This document shows, piece after piece, positions 26,594-40,325 of a stretch of 64,000 nucleotides of DNA. The translations under genes and the position numbers were made by a program. This DNA is from Phoronis australis (taxonomy: Eukaryota > Animalia > Phoronida): NCBI GenBank assembly GCA_002633005.1, contig NMRA01000567.1, positions 192,954 through 256,953 on the forward strand, in the 5' to 3' direction. Every line of letters begins with the position of its first letter. Positions within the stretch are counted from its first letter, which is position 1. The notes beneath the pieces were generated by a model. That model had not been told where the DNA came from, did not search any database, and saw only the letters and a program-made list of their open reading frames with translations.

Positions 26594-26652
26594 AGGAATT
26601 GAAAGATTACTTTTCCCAGTTTGGCTTTGTCAAGTCATCTAATGTAATGTTT
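26594..26652 (+). CDS. SLIRP: SLIRP exon 2
   Basis: tttcag|(K)ELKDYFSQFGFVKSSNVMF|gtaagt. Compare human QLKEHFAQFGHV. Confidence 0.88.
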
Positions 26653-26798
26653 GTAAGTAATGCTTTTATTACCGTCTTTTATTTATCGTTTTTAGAAGCA
26701 AGTATTTAGAATCACCTGTACAGTTAAAGCATAGGAAACTGCAGTAAAATCTCACTATTAAATCAATAATACAATGTGGCGGACAAGTAGAATTTTAT

Positions 26799-28195
26799 TA
26801 CTTGGCGGAATTTTTCCGCCAAGTATGTTGGTCTGACAGCAAGTTTTTTTTTTGTTCGCTCTCTACAGGTCGCAATTTTGGTCCGATTTTCACGAAATTT
26901 GCACACAACATGTAGATCCCGAAGTACTGGAACGCTATTGTTTTTGGTCATGATCGGATACAAAATGGCGGACGTGGCGGCCATTTTGTATCCGATTTCA
27001 CAGTCAAATACTCGTAGAGGCCGCATTTTTCAACCTAAAAAGCTGAAAACCGGTACGGATATACTATAACGCATGTGCTACAACTGTGCAGAAAATTGTT
27101 GACTTCCGGTTCAAGATGGCTGAAATATTGGACGTGGCGCATGCGCACCCCGAAATATGGCTAAAAACGTTTTCTCCTGTAGAGGGCGCAATTGCAAACC
27201 AATCCCTTTCAAACTGGTCACGTGTTTGTTGGGTTTAACAAGCTTTTAGAAAAAATTATTGGACTGGAAGTCACTTTCAAGATGGCGGCTGTGGCGCATG
27301 TTCACACGGTTTCAATCGCTCTGGTGTCGCATTTTTTATGGGAAGAGCAAATGACGTGAATTTTTGCATGTGGATTCCTTGAAGTATGGCCTTTCAAAAA
27401 GTCTGCGAGAGCGTCTGCGAGAGCGTATTTCTCAGACTTACCGTTTTCGAGTTATTTGACTTTGAATTTCAAAAAAACGGCAAATTTTCAATTTTCTCGA
27501 AATTTTTTTGGATTTTTGCCAAACTACCACTTAAGATAGAGTTTTGAACGGGCTTTCAGGAGATATTTTCCATTTTGCGCTACGATGTCTACTTTTTGAA
27601 TTATTCGAGATTTTCGGATACCGTTGTTCCTCCAGTCACACGCAGCTGGCTGGCTTTCAGTTCACTTTGTTTTGGTTATGCCTAGTTGACCCAGAATGAC
27701 CCAGCCAGCACTCTCCTACTGTAAAGCATGCCTCGTCCGTAATGTTGCGCCATCTATTGTTCTTTATTGTAGTTGATTGTATGCTCTATCAAAGTACGTA
27801 GAGTTGTGGACGGGCTTTCAGATGATATTTTCCATTTTGCGCTACGTCTACTTTTGAATTATTCGAGATTTTCGAATGCCGTTGTTCCTTCGGTCATCTA
27901 TGAAAGGACGCAGCTGGCTGGCTTTCAGTTCACATTATTTTGGTTATGCCTAGTTGACCCAGACTGACCCAGCCAGCACTGTCCTACTGCAGACTGGACC
28001 GTCATGTTGTGCCATCTATTGTTCTTTATTGTAGTTGATTGTATGCTCTCTATTTGATTTCTTCGCTAGTCACATGAATGTTATCGTGTTTGCCAAACTA
28101 CCACTTTAGATAGAGTTTTGAACGGGCTTTCATTCTTTATTGTAGTTGATTGTATGCTCTCTATTTGATTTCTTCGCTAGTCACATGAATGATAT
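26799..28195 (+). mobile_element. HINE/Helitron-like insertion in SLIRP intron 2, truncated at N 28196
   Basis: Begins in a T-rich site with the perfect hairpin TACTTGGCGGAA-ttt-TTCCGCCAAGTA. Internal caa(a/g)atggc units and ~270-bp internal duplications (27520-28190). Confidence 0.6.
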
Positions 28196-28669
28196 NTGTA
28201 ATGTTTGTAAGTAATGCTTTTATTACCGTCTTTTATTTGTCGTTTTTAGAAGCAAGTATTTAGAATCATCTGTACAGTTAAAGCATAGCAAACTGCAGTA
28301 AAATCTCACTATTAAATCTATAATACAATGTGGCGGACAAGTAGAATTTTATTTTTATTTTTTTTCATGAAAGATAAATTGCGCCTACTGATACTTGAGA
28401 ATTTCCAAGGTCAACCATCAGATAATGTTTTGAAAAACTGGGGATTCACAAGGACTTTAGAAGCCTGTGAAAAAATAAAAAAGGTAAATTTTGGCAATTA
28501 TCTTTGTCTGAAATTGGTGCGACATCACCATAGACCCATCATTGTCAATCAACGATTATCAGGCATCAGTCACCCTTATGGTATCAATAATGCTTGGCTG
28601 TAGCCCAACTCAACTGGTGATTTTATCACACCATTCCTATATGATGCCCATTGTGCATGTATTTGACAG

Positions 28670-28777
28670 AACGAAGATACAGGCATTAGCCGGGGATTTG
28701 GATTTGTACAATTCGGAAATAAGCAGGGACTTGAAGCCACTATACAGCAGGAATCACACCACCTAGAAGGGTCAAAG
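28670..28777 (+). CDS. SLIRP: SLIRP exon 3
   Basis: tgacag|NEDTGISRGFGFVQFGNKQGLEATIQQESHHLEGSK|gtgaga. Contains RNP1 (RGFGFVQF). Compare human DKETGFHRGLGWVQF...LQQENHIIDGVK. Confidence 0.9.
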
Positions 28778-29387
28778 GTGAGAAAATTTGAATGGACATG
28801 ACATGAATTTACATTGTGCTTTTGTAAGACATCTTGGGTTAATGTCAATTCTTGGCCAGATAGTTAGTAAAAAGTTAAATAGTAAAAACAAGACGCCTTT
28901 GTACGTATTTATTGCATCTGTGTATTGACTGTAACCCTGTTGATGATACTGAGTAATGTCAAAATGCCTATGTGAAGTATAGCGTCCTGTTTTTGTTATT
29001 TAACTTTTTACATTCTGCGGTTTCTTCTTCGTACATTTTTCCCAAAATGTAATTTTAAACCTAGCAGTTCATAATAAGGTTCTTGTTTCCCTGACTTACA
29101 AATAGGACGGCAGCCGTTTTCAGTGTGTTTTTAAATTCATGATGCAGTTTAAATTAAAATTCTAAGAAACACATTTCACAAACTAAAAGAAGTGCATCTT
29201 TAAAAGGCTTTGAGTTTCCATTAAAACTGGCGTGAGTTGAATTTTTGCTCAACTCGCAAAGTTGTTAAGTTGTGCAGTTGTTCTACTTCGTACATTTGGC
29301 TCCTCATACAAGTCAAATTTTGCATTACACAAATAAAGTCTCTCAGTCCTTTTAGATCTTTATTTGTAACTGATACTCCATTTTCAG

Positions 29388-29459
29388 CTCAACATAGGAC
29401 CTGCAAATGAGATAAATAGAAGAAGAAAGACTGCCAGTGAGCCCGACAAGAGCACGTAG
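29388..29459 (+). CDS. SLIRP: SLIRP exon 4 (last coding exon)
   Basis: tttcag|LNIGPANEINRRRKTASEPDKST*. Total CDS 297 nt, 98 aa. AATAAA at 29847. Confidence 0.75.
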   Translation, partial: LNIGPANEINRRRKTASEPDKST

Positions 29460-32172
29460 CCCAAGGATTGCCACATACTTTTTTTTCAAAAAAGCTGTGC
29501 TTTTAGCCGGGGAAGGACTGTCAGACTTGAAGAAAGTCCATTTTTGGAAATAATGTACCTGTGCAACGATTCAGAGAGGTGTGTGGTAGAAAATTCAGTG
29601 GAATATCTTTTATGGAAACAGCCCAAGTTTGTTTAATATATCCATTCCTTGCCGTCAAATCAATGTGATGTTATTTCTTGAATTAGTAGTGTGTGGCAAA
29701 TCTTGAATGTGTGAGGTGTACACTTAGATACGTTTTCTCTTTGCCAAAGCACGGCTGAAACCTGTCACAAATTCTGTCTTATTGCTGCACGTTGATGCAG
29801 TTTACTATGGTGCTGATGCCGTGTCCTTGGTAGATTTTGCAACAAAAATAAATGTATATATATACATATATAGTGCTATCATTTCCCAAGTCATGAAACA
29901 TTACATATGTTTTTATGTATTTGTGGTATGAAAAACCCCATCGGTGAGTCTCTCTGATTAAACTGGTGTAAAATTATATAATGCAAAGATTCTCAAAGTT
30001 TTTCTTGGATTGAAATATGAATTGTGCTAGTACTAAAGGTAGAAACACTTTCTGGTTGATAAAGCTACACTCAATAGGGATAAGTTCATGAGTATGCCCC
30101 CCATCATTGGCGCATAAATATTTTCATTGACACACTGTGATTGATTAACTCGGACCGACAGGCGCATTCAAAACTGTGTTGCAATTATGCCTTATTTTGT
30201 CTTGGAATATATATTTCGCATTGCCTTGAGATTCTAACTCAGTTATAATGCAGAGCACCTGATCAAAAGAATGTCACAGACTACAATAATGGTGGTAGCA
30301 ATATGGGGTCTGTGAAAATACAAATACCAACTTTGGCTTCATGTGTTTGGTTTAAGCTTCATTTTGCCCTGTTTAGCCCGCTAAAAGCAGAATTTTCTTT
30401 AGAAAATTGGCCTCATGACATTCCTTACCGTTAAAGGAGTCTATTTTCGATACCAATAACTGGAGAAAACAGGACAGAGTTTATTTTGGTTGGCCAAGGC
30501 TAATTTGAATTCAAAAATGGTGTATTGTACACATTCGGTGACTTGAGATGGAATCTCATTTACAGTAACGAATGTTAGACAAATTTTAAGAGAGTAAGAG
30601 CTCCCCAATTCCAAATTGGTTTTCCAGTCAGCTGAACAGGCGAAATGTAGCTTTTAATTGAAATGCCAAAGGGGCCATGCCCCCCCTAAAATTCTCCCAG
30701 ATTCCGTTTTTGGCAGTTCGGGGGTGCGAAAGTATGACGGGCAAAATCTTGGCTAATACTCTGCCCTGGCCCCCCCTAACTCAAAATCCTGGATCCGCCC
30801 CTGAGTAATCCAAGTTGATACAACATACCATCGTCCTGGTCTGTTTTGAAATGTTGTACACTTTAACCAACCTGTACACAGAACGACAATCGGGCAACCA
30901 CCGCGCCGGTGGTGGCACTTGTAGTTGTTTGCTTTGTTATGTGCGCGATGTTGTGCAGTGTGTTGCCCAGTAGTCTTGTTAGCAGATGTTTGAGGACTGC
31001 AGGTGACACTGGAAATTTTGTCAATTTCTTGATGGACGGAAGCACAGCATTAAAGGGGTTTATGATGTACTTATAGATGAATGGGCGTCTATGCATGTAC
31101 GCAACTACTATGCCAAGTCTGGACAAAAGTGGTTAGCTAGCATCCTTTACGTATGTATTCAAAATCCAAAGTTCAAGTTGAAAATTTGATTCACATGGGT
31201 GTTGTCAAACAAAACTGTGACGTCATAATTTCAGTTTGCCACTGACTCAAAACTGGGGAATAAAAATGACCTCAGTAGACACTGCTAAACTTGTGCTGTC
31301 AGTCTGGGAGTCAGATGCGAAATTGTTTTGGTTTTCGATTTGGTTCACCCGGCCTTCAGGGTGGCAACGATGGGCGGTTACCAACTGGAGATAACTCTCG
31401 CATCAGAACATGCCGGATACCACAAAAAACATAGGCGGATTTAGGGGGAGGGGGCGCCCCCCCCCCCCTTGACTGCCGCAAAAAAATAAAACGGCAAGAA
31501 CGTAGGGAAATGTTGAGTTTATTAATTAACCCCGGTAATTAAAATTATACCGATGAATCAAGATTTAAATGCGTGAAGTTTTGGTGTTTGGGCGGGTGGG
31601 GGGAGGGGTCTCACATCCAATTTCAAGTGTCAANGCACAAAATATAAAACATGTAATAAGCATAACAAAAAGAAGTAGGTTTCTCGCGCAAACGCTGTGG
31701 TCCATAAACAAGTAAGTCTCTTAGTATCAGATTAGGACTAGTTAAATCGTGGTGGTGTAGTGGTAAAGCACGCGCGCTCTATCCGCCAGGTCGTGAGTTT
31801 GCCAGTCTCTTATATCTGTAGCTTTTCCTGTTTGACACGTTCTCTGTTTTTTTTTTAATTTTTTTATTTTTGCCTTTTTTCTTGGATAATTCTTCATGAA
31901 TCAAAGAAAATGCTTGATTTTTAGAGGAAAAAACAGAAAAATTTCGTGGGCGGGAGGGGGCAAACCCCCCTACCGACCTCCCCCATTCGGTGCTATGCGC
32001 ATCTACAATCGTGGTTTGCGCAAATGCTTACAGCCGGACAAAATTTTGGGCCCCCCTTGTGATATCCTAGGTACGCCACTGAAAAAAATCCACTAGATGC
32101 ACGTTTTCATAAAAAAGGGAAAACAACAAATCGCAAAATTTTAGTAAGAAATCTCCACTAACTATGGATTGG

Positions 32173-32351
32173 AATTGACCTATCGCAAGCTCCGCCCCCT
32201 TGCATAATGTCGACTAAAAAACAATAAGTTTTACCCGGCAACGTGTTGTTTGTCGGGTAAAATGGCGGCTTGGAAACTAAGGTACGTCAATAATGATGCG
32301 CTTTAAATGGTCAGTTAAGCTGTCACTCAAAATCCTGGCGATAGGTCAATT
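32173..32351. mobile_element. 179-bp MITE
   Basis: Perfect 14-bp TIR AATTGACCTATCGC / GCGATAGGTCAATT. Internal hairpin ttttacccggca...tgtcgggtaaaa. Confidence 0.75.
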
Positions 32352-35300
32352 GAGATAGAGGCATCATTTTCGAAACATTCCATAGCACATTGTTTATCCT
32401 GTTACAATTCAAAATATGTTTTGAAAATTTTCGCGAATTTGTTGAAATGTCATATGCTACTAGCCTCTGTAATGAATATATTCTGCGCATGGGGGAAAGG
32501 TTTTAAAAGTCAATAAATAAGCGTACAGTATATGCATGTCAAAAGTTGTAAAGAGTGAATATTATTCACTTGCGTATAGTTCATGACTGTCAATTTCTCT
32601 CTTTTGTTGCTTCCGCAATGGCTTTCATGGCAATGAAACACTGGCTTAAAAATTTACTGTGGATTGAAACTGGTGATTTTTCGAACTGTTTGGCTTCTGA
32701 AATTGATGTAGCCCCGGCAAAACCAGATGTGTCAGTAAGGTTTCGGTTCTCTGGTACCTATTGGAATGCGTGTCGTGATGCTTGGCTGTACACTAGGAAC
32801 GCCGGGTGGAGTAGATTGATATCTGAATTTAGCCTCGACTTAGAAACCCGGCGCCGCTGGGGTTGAAAAAAACGTAAGGTTTTTGTATTTTTTCGCTGAT
32901 AGGTACAAGGTGTTGACGTTTTGTTTAGATTGATAAATATTTAATGAGAAATTCTTTACATGGTAAGATTATTTCTGAACACATTGCTTTGAATTTTGTA
33001 TTACCAATTTCAACATAGAGATTAACGACAGTGTTTGATTAACGTCTGTTAACGTTCAGACAAGAATTCTTCACGTGAACAGCCACCAGACATCCAGCAT
33101 ATTCAAACTTAGAAGCATGGATTGAATCAAGATGTAAGTGTGAATTTGAACCGTAAAAGACAGCAAATCACTTCATTGCTAGGTTGTAAATTTTCACTTG
33201 TCATCGTATACCGGCTTGGAAACAACGGAGTACCGGCCGAATTCATAAAGAGATTCGTCAACCTTGTATACCATTGTGATGCACTCTTTGAAATTGACAT
33301 TTGGTGCTCTCTCAGCCATGTTTTCGCTGTATTTGTTATTGGTAACCATGGAAAATTAGTTGTCATCGGTGTGTGTTGTGATGTTATACCGTGTAGGTGC
33401 CACCTCTTAAAAATATCATGGGGCCTGGGCACAGCAGTTCAGTGGGTCCTTTGTCAACTATAGGGTTCATAGCAATAAAAAACGTTAACTGTGTAACAAG
33501 TACACGTGTATATTTATCCGATCGATAGGCCTACCGGTACGCCAACACCAACGTCAATAATTAACGAACGCGGTTAAATGTTTGAAGTGCTTTCAAAAAT
33601 AAGAGTTAAGCAAGGAAATGACGATACGACGGTAGTACCACAAATCACGCATGCAAAGTGGCACAGCGTGATATTACTTGTTAACTAATTAAATATTGCT
33701 TTTATACATACGTTACCCTTAGAAGAATTTTGTATTCATAGTGCCATGTCATTTGTGTACTGGACACGAAATCAAGTTTTAATCCTAAATGACGATAAAC
33801 TTCTGAAGTTATTAATATCAGGAAGAGATATCTCTTCCTGTAAATATGTAGCATGATAATTCAAAAATGTGTAGCTTTTTCCATGTATGACAGGTGTAGC
33901 AATTGCGCTTGATGACAGAATGATATTCTGCATAGAAATGCGATAATGTGAACTTCGGAAATATCATTGATTCACTAAAAACAACACAAATTACTCTAGT
34001 CGCTTTTAGTCTCACGCCGAACGAAGAGCATATTTTTATTTATCCCATACGTGTTGAATCTGTCGAGGGACGGCCATGTAATAAAGATTTCCGTATTCAC
34101 CTCCCGCACTATAGTCTGACATGAAATGTTCAAAAGGTAAGCTAGGTCAATGTCGACTCGAAGTCGTTAGCCGGTTCGATCACCAAACTTTCGAAACAAT
34201 TACAAATACAATTATAGCAGTGTAAATAACGCTCAACATACAATGAGGTCTCTATCGTAACATCTGGAACAGGACTGTTAATTATATGACAGTTCTGTCT
34301 CAGTTTTCATTTGCTAAATATTTTATCGTCTGCAACTCGAGGCAACTCTGGCGCCGATTCATCGGTAAGTACAATATCGAATATTGTTGTCATTTAACTA
34401 TTTTCAGGAGACGTTACTAGTTCAATGAAAAGTTACCCTTGTTTTCATCGTTGTTATCCTTTTTCAAGAAATAAATCGTCACATTTAAAACTGTTTCTTT
34501 TCAGAGAAAACTTGCAGCCTAATGCGCAAGTACATACATATATGATGTGATCCCCCACGTGAACAATCTGAGTGAAGTATTTAACAAATCTGCGGAAAAA
34601 ATGAATGAAACTTAGGAATTCGAAGCGCATGGGATAAATACAAAACGAACCTCGATTGGCGTACATCAAGTAATATCCCATTCCACATTATTCCGTGTAT
34701 GGAAGGTCTCGGTCGATACGCGGCGTAATAATGTCTCGTGGGATATTCATGCACGCCACTCTCGGTACATTTTGTGTATTTGCTTGACATCGCGTCAGTA
34801 AACTTGTTACAAATGAATTGGCAATTGTAAATTTGTATATTTCTGCGCATTTTAAGCGAGTACGTAATTAAATTATTTCTTGGCCTTTGTTGACCTCACT
34901 TAAATCTGATCGTAGCACAAGTCCAGTGTTTGAAACTTTAGAATGCCCACTTCGTTCAATCTCGTGACCAAAAACATTACATGTCATGAAAGTTGTCATT
35001 TAAAATAAAATGAACTCGATTTTCATCCACTGTTTCAACTTAACACGAAACTACATTCAAAACTTTAACCAAGATGTTGGAAGCATTGAATTATTTAATC
35101 GGGAGCGTTTCACACAGGAATAAGTGACGAGCTGGCATTCATTAGGTAGTCTAGGGGACCGAATAGAAGAATGTGCCCCTAACTCCTTAAAAAGTGCACC
35201 ATATGGCGTTTTTTGCACGAACGGAGTTTAATTGGGCGTTCCCTCAAATCGCCCCAAAAGTGTTTTTGAGAATGTGTACCTATTACTAAGAAAAGATTGG

Positions 35301-38300
35301 TGGAAGTGGACTTTTGTCGCATTTTCTACTTTTTTCAGAATTTTTGTTTGTCTGGGGCAAACATTTTTGCCAACTACGCCAAACAGGAGGGCTCGTTCGA
35401 GCCCCAGCCGCCCCTGGATGCGGGCATGGGAAACAAGCTGTGTGGGTACAGCAGAATGTGCCAAAGAATAAGGTTTACTGTTCAAAGAAAGAAGTTGACT
35501 CAATAATCCCTGTTAGTAGGGTACATGTTCTTCAGCAAGATAATCTGAGGTAGGCGTAGCCTGTCAATGCAGAGTCGGTGCCTGGGAACTTGATATTAAC
35601 ACATCAAATCAGACTGTTTACACTAAAACAACAGTTTCTTCTTTTAGTTATAAGTGAAGTGTTCCTCTTTATATGGTGATGAGTGACAATCGCAGGTTAC
35701 GTAGCTCTTCTAGGGATCCCGCCTGCTCTAGGTCAGATCTCACTATTCATCATACTCTGCACCCAACTCGCACAAGTAGGCCTAAAATTGAGCCATTTGA
35801 AAAATAGTCTACACACCAACAAACAATATCATTACATTGTGCAAGCTTGCAAACATTATCCACTAAACCTGGCCATGTAAGTTCTATCTCACTCCAGTTT
35901 TCACACAATAAACAATGCCAGCTGACCAGGACACGGCTGCCTGGATCTGACCCTGTAACTTGAACTGTAGACTACACACAGACTAGTCTTCTTTAACAAA
36001 ACAGCTGATACAATTTCACTTCAATTTTGTTACATTCCTGGCAGAAGATATACAGCCACTACCAGTGAGTGTCGTACGACCATGCTGTGGGCCTCAGTAT
36101 TGCAACTATATCCATAGGTAGGCCTTCTACTACTATTATTCTACTTCAGTACTTACTCCTGTTTTCCGAGCACATACTTGCCAGTAGCAGTATGGAATCA
36201 TACAATGAATATACATATACCCCTCGTTAGCTTTAGAAAAGCGAAACAAAATATTTTGTTAACACCAGAAGACACACTGACATTACGTACAGTCATCCAT
36301 GTTGTTATGTTGCATGAGCTCCTCTCAGAAGGTAGCGCTACATAAACAGCTGTGACTAATTTAGGTCACAGTCAAACATCTTTGGTAACTATCAAATCTT
36401 ATGGTTGTGACCTAGAAAACGAATTAGGTCAGGAAACCACCATCATGGATTTACGGCACGTTGTGGGTATTCTTAGACAAGTAGGTTTGCAAAATGACTT
36501 GGTGGAATCTCTTTTGGAGGATATTTAGACAATCTAAACATCAGTTATCACCGCCAAGGCCTTAAACTGGCGCATAATAACCACATGGACGCAGTGACTG
36601 GGTGATTACGAATGCCACCAGTGTCAGTGCCGTGGTCCGAGTCGGCCAGTACCTGGCACCAGCCTACATCACGATTGGTGTAATGTTATCATGTAATTGA
36701 AGTCATCGTAATATAACTAAGCACTCTGTTACGGGCGTAAGATTCTATTCTGATCCGAGTTTCACGTCCCGTAACGGTAATTTAATAATTCACAGTCGGT
36801 GAGTAATAGGCTAACAACTATAATTCTGGCTTTTTAGATAGGCCTACAGTTTGTGGGCTTTGTTTTTTGCTTAGGACAGCTTAGGTACAAATCAAATGCC
36901 ACCATGTTCTTTTATATGTTACATATGCTCATGAGATAAATATTGTCAGATAAACGGATTCATAATTGACAGCATATATTCCCGGCAAAAAATAAGGCAG
37001 CTGTTATCTAAATCTCATACTGCCTAGTATATGATCGAGATCTGCCATAAAATGTAAAATGTCTAAAACATGATGCCACAAGGTGATTTTTAGTTGTACC
37101 ATGAAACGGAAGGAGGAAATATATAGCTGTGAAAAAGCACTAAAGTAATACTGAAGTTATATGCAATTCATATATGTGAGTGTGCGTGTGTGTGTGCGTG
37201 CGACTGTGCATGTGTATTCATGTGTTCATGTGTATACCGTATATAAGTATGTGTGTACAACTTGCGTGCATGCAAGAGTATCTACGTAAATATTGCCACA
37301 TGTGTCAAAAAGCAATCTGATGCTGTGGGGGGATTTGGGACAAAGCTTCGAAAAGCAGTTAAGTCCCACTGAAAATGGGCCCGTTTCTAAATTGACTACT
37401 TATGCGGTACGCTTTCAAAGTTTGGACACCAGTCGAATTTTGTGTACGACTAATAGTAAGTGTGGCTAGTACTACTGCGAGATGGTTGCAAGTCAAAGAT
37501 GTATTTTTGTATGGTTTGTTGCTTTTGTTTGAAGACACGCTTAACTGGAACAGATATGAAAATATATTAAACATGTGACAGTTAACCTAGATAGTAAGTT
37601 AAAAAATATTCAGAACAAGACAACTTTGGCACTGTTCCCCCTAGTGGCTACTGTTTTGAATTACCCTTACGGGGTACATCACAAATTCCAAAACTTCGTC
37701 CGTTGCCATTGGTTACACTTTCACTCCCTGAAGTTGTTACCAATAGTGTGCCCTTGGTTGCCACCAATTAAAATTATATTCCGAAGGTACTGCAAATTAT
37801 TGATGCACCCCATATCCCCTTCTTCCTATAGCCCTGCAGTATAAAAGTTGTTTGCATTACAGAACTCGAGATGTAGCATAAAGTCAACTCCTCAAATAAG
37901 ACCTGGCAAAATTCCCAGGTCACCAAAACAAAGAAACTGCGTAGGGGTTGTGAGAGTCCTGGCAAGTGACGCATAGTTGGCAAGAGTTGAAAATTAAACA
38001 AGATACCTGAAGTGAAAAACCAGCAAACTCTTCAAATATCTGTCGATGTACCCGAGACCGCTCATTTTTTGTGGAATTTTCCAAAAGCTAGTAATAAGCA
38101 TTTCTTTACAGACACGGGGCAGCAACAGAAAAACAATATGATCATTAAATTAACATTTTGTTTTGTTTACATTTTATAATGGGGTCCAAGTTTCTGATTT
38201 TAATGAGTTGAATTCTATTTAGAATAACTAGATGACGTGAACTATAACTATTCCGCAAATACTTTTGAAATTGCAAAAGACCCGGCAATGCATCAAGTTT

Positions 38301-39195
38301 AAATCTGTAACAACTTCTTAACTTGATTTTATATCATTCTTTGTAATATTTAATCGTTTTAAGGTTTTCAGATCTTCTGCAAGTTTAAAAAGTAAAAATA
38401 CGACCTAAGGTTATTTTTGTTGGCTGAAAAATTCTAATTTCATGGGTATGATGGATGTACGTGACTGTCGTACAAATTTGTCATACGTCTGTCACGCAAT
38501 TTCTGACTAAACGAATAATCCTTGGGATCTAAAATTTTGGTCAATGATATTGAGTAACAAATTAAAAGAGAATCTGAAATTATTCTAATTTTGTATGAAA
38601 ACTTTTAACGTAACTAAACTTTTTAGCACTTTTTTGTGACGGACGTATGGCACCATGATACTCAGGAGTTGGCCTTTGAATTCAAGAGGTAAATGGTGTG
38701 CCAAAACATTTATTTTCTTATAAAGTTTGGGCTTCGTGTGATTGCACAAATTTGATAATATAGTGAAATACCCATAATTGGCTTATCTTTTGACAATAAC
38801 TAGCAACACACATGAACATGGAGCTAATTTTTTAGGGTCGAGTGAACCCCAAAAATGGGTCCATTTAAGCCAAAATTTGAAAGTTATAGGACAGTCAGAT
38901 ATTGAACCTTAAACTAGAGAGATGTAGCTTTCAAGTTCAGATGAGACCAGAAATGTTAGTATAGTCACAATTTTAATTTTTTGTCTCGAGGTTGACCTTT
39001 TCATGGAATTGTCCTGATATTATACTCTAATTTGAAGAAAATTTTGTAGTGCAGGACTCTTTGCTGGTACTATGACTGAATGTCACCATCAGTCTGAAAA
39101 CATTTATTTATTGAAATATGAGAGTGACAATGGCACTTTGAATATTATAGTAAATGTTGATATCTGAAAAACATCTTATTTGTACTTTTACAGTA

Positions 39196-40296
39196 ATGAT
39201 GGGATCTACAATTGGGACATGCCATTCATATAGGGCAGGATTTAGAGTGAATAGAAGAACCATTCTCCTATGGGCTCTTGGCTTGCTGGTGGTTTCTGCT
39301 TTCTTTTACACATTGTTGCCCAGTGGACACCCCAGGCTTGACCACTATGGAGCTGTTAATGAAATTGATCCTCGACATCTACACAACCTGACGTATGAAT
39401 TCAAGCGACAAGGTCCTTACCTATATATTGACTCAATAGGACAAACTGGTAATAACATGTTTGAATATGCATCGTTGTATGGGATAGCTCGCATGCTGAA
39501 CATGACTCCTGTGATTGACAGCTGGGCACCTGTGAGAACAATATTTAACTCTCTGTCAGCCTTGACAAAGAATGACATTGCAGTACCATTAAAGACATTC
39601 AGATTATTCAGAGAAAAGCTGCCATGTGCTTTTGATGAAAAAGTCAAAGAAATAGATGATAATACATATCTACAATACTACTTTCAATCATGGAAGTACT
39701 TTAATCATGTGTCAAGTGAAATTCGACAGGAGTTTATCTTTAAAGACAGTGTTTATGAAAAGAGTGTTGAAGTGTTAGAAAGTCTCATGAAAAAGTTTAA
39801 CCAAACACTCCACCAAACCACTGTGGTTACAACTTTAAGAAGAATTCGAAGAAGTACCTTAGTTGCGCGAAGGGAGTTGCCCCATGTAACACTTGTAGGT
39901 GTTCATGTACGGCGAGGTGATGTAGTGAGAGAAAACAAGCTTAAGTTTGGTTACACTGTACCTGATGTCTCATATTTTATTAAGGCAACCAATTACTTCC
40001 GGAAAAAATATAAAAACGTTATCTTTATAGTGACCACAAATGATGCACAGTGGGTAAGGGAAAATGTTTTGTTTTCTGACGCTGTGCTGTCAGAAGGCTT
40101 GTCAGCAGCATCTGACTTGGCTATACTCACTCTTTGTGATCACATCATTATGTCTGAAGGCAGTTTTAGCTGGTGGGCAGCTTATCTTGTTCCTGGGGAA
40201 GTGATTTATTTTAAAGACTGGCCCAAGAATGGTTCAGTGCTTGATCAGAGAACAGTGAAAGAAGATTATTTTTTACCCAAGTGGATACCCATGTAA
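39196..40296 (+). CDS. Alpha-1,2-fucosyltransferase (GT11, FUT1/FUT2-like), single coding exon, about 366 aa, type II membrane protein
   Basis: N-terminal TM segment (ILLWALGLLVVSAFFYTLL). GT11 motifs GQTGNNMFEYASLYGIA, YFQSWKYF, VGVHVRRGD, IFIVTTND and DLAILTLCDHIIMSEGSFSWWAAYL. The acceptor tactttta-cag at 39193 implies upstream non-coding exon(s) and a start at ATG 39196. Confidence 0.95.
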   Translation: MMGSTIGTCHSYRAGFRVNRRTILLWALGLLVVSAFFYTLLPSGHPRLDHYGAVNEIDPRHLHNLTYEFKRQGPYLYIDSIGQTGNNMFEYASLYGIARMLNMTPVIDSWAPVRTIFNSLSALTKNDIAVPLKTFRLFREKLPCAFDEKVKEIDDNTYLQYYFQSWKYFNHVSSEIRQEFIFKDSVYEKSVEVLESLMKKFNQTLHQTTVVTTLRRIRRSTLVARRELPHVTLVGVHVRRGDVVRENKLKFGYTVPDVSYFIKATNYFRKKYKNVIFIVTTNDAQWVRENVLFSDAVLSEGLSAASDLAILTLCDHIIMSEGSFSWWAAYLVPGEVIYFKDWPKNGSVLDQRTVKEDYFLPKWIPM

Positions 40297-40325
40297 ATAT
40301 TCATATTGGCACCTCATGTTGCTGC

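Noticed and set aside
32555-33463. ORFs of about 100 aa on both strands as a gene
   Set aside because: No recognisable domain and no consistent splice structure. They may be decayed coding or TE sequence, but I cannot support a call.
34300-34370. Non-coding first exon of the fucosyltransferase (donor atcg|gtaagt at 34364)
   Set aside because: Plausible, but a single donor-like motif is not enough without transcript data.
39154-39195. Fucosyltransferase start at ATG 39154 as given in the ORF track
   Set aside because: This stretch looks like an intron 3' end (pyrimidine tract plus CAG at 39193), so ATG 39196 is more plausible.
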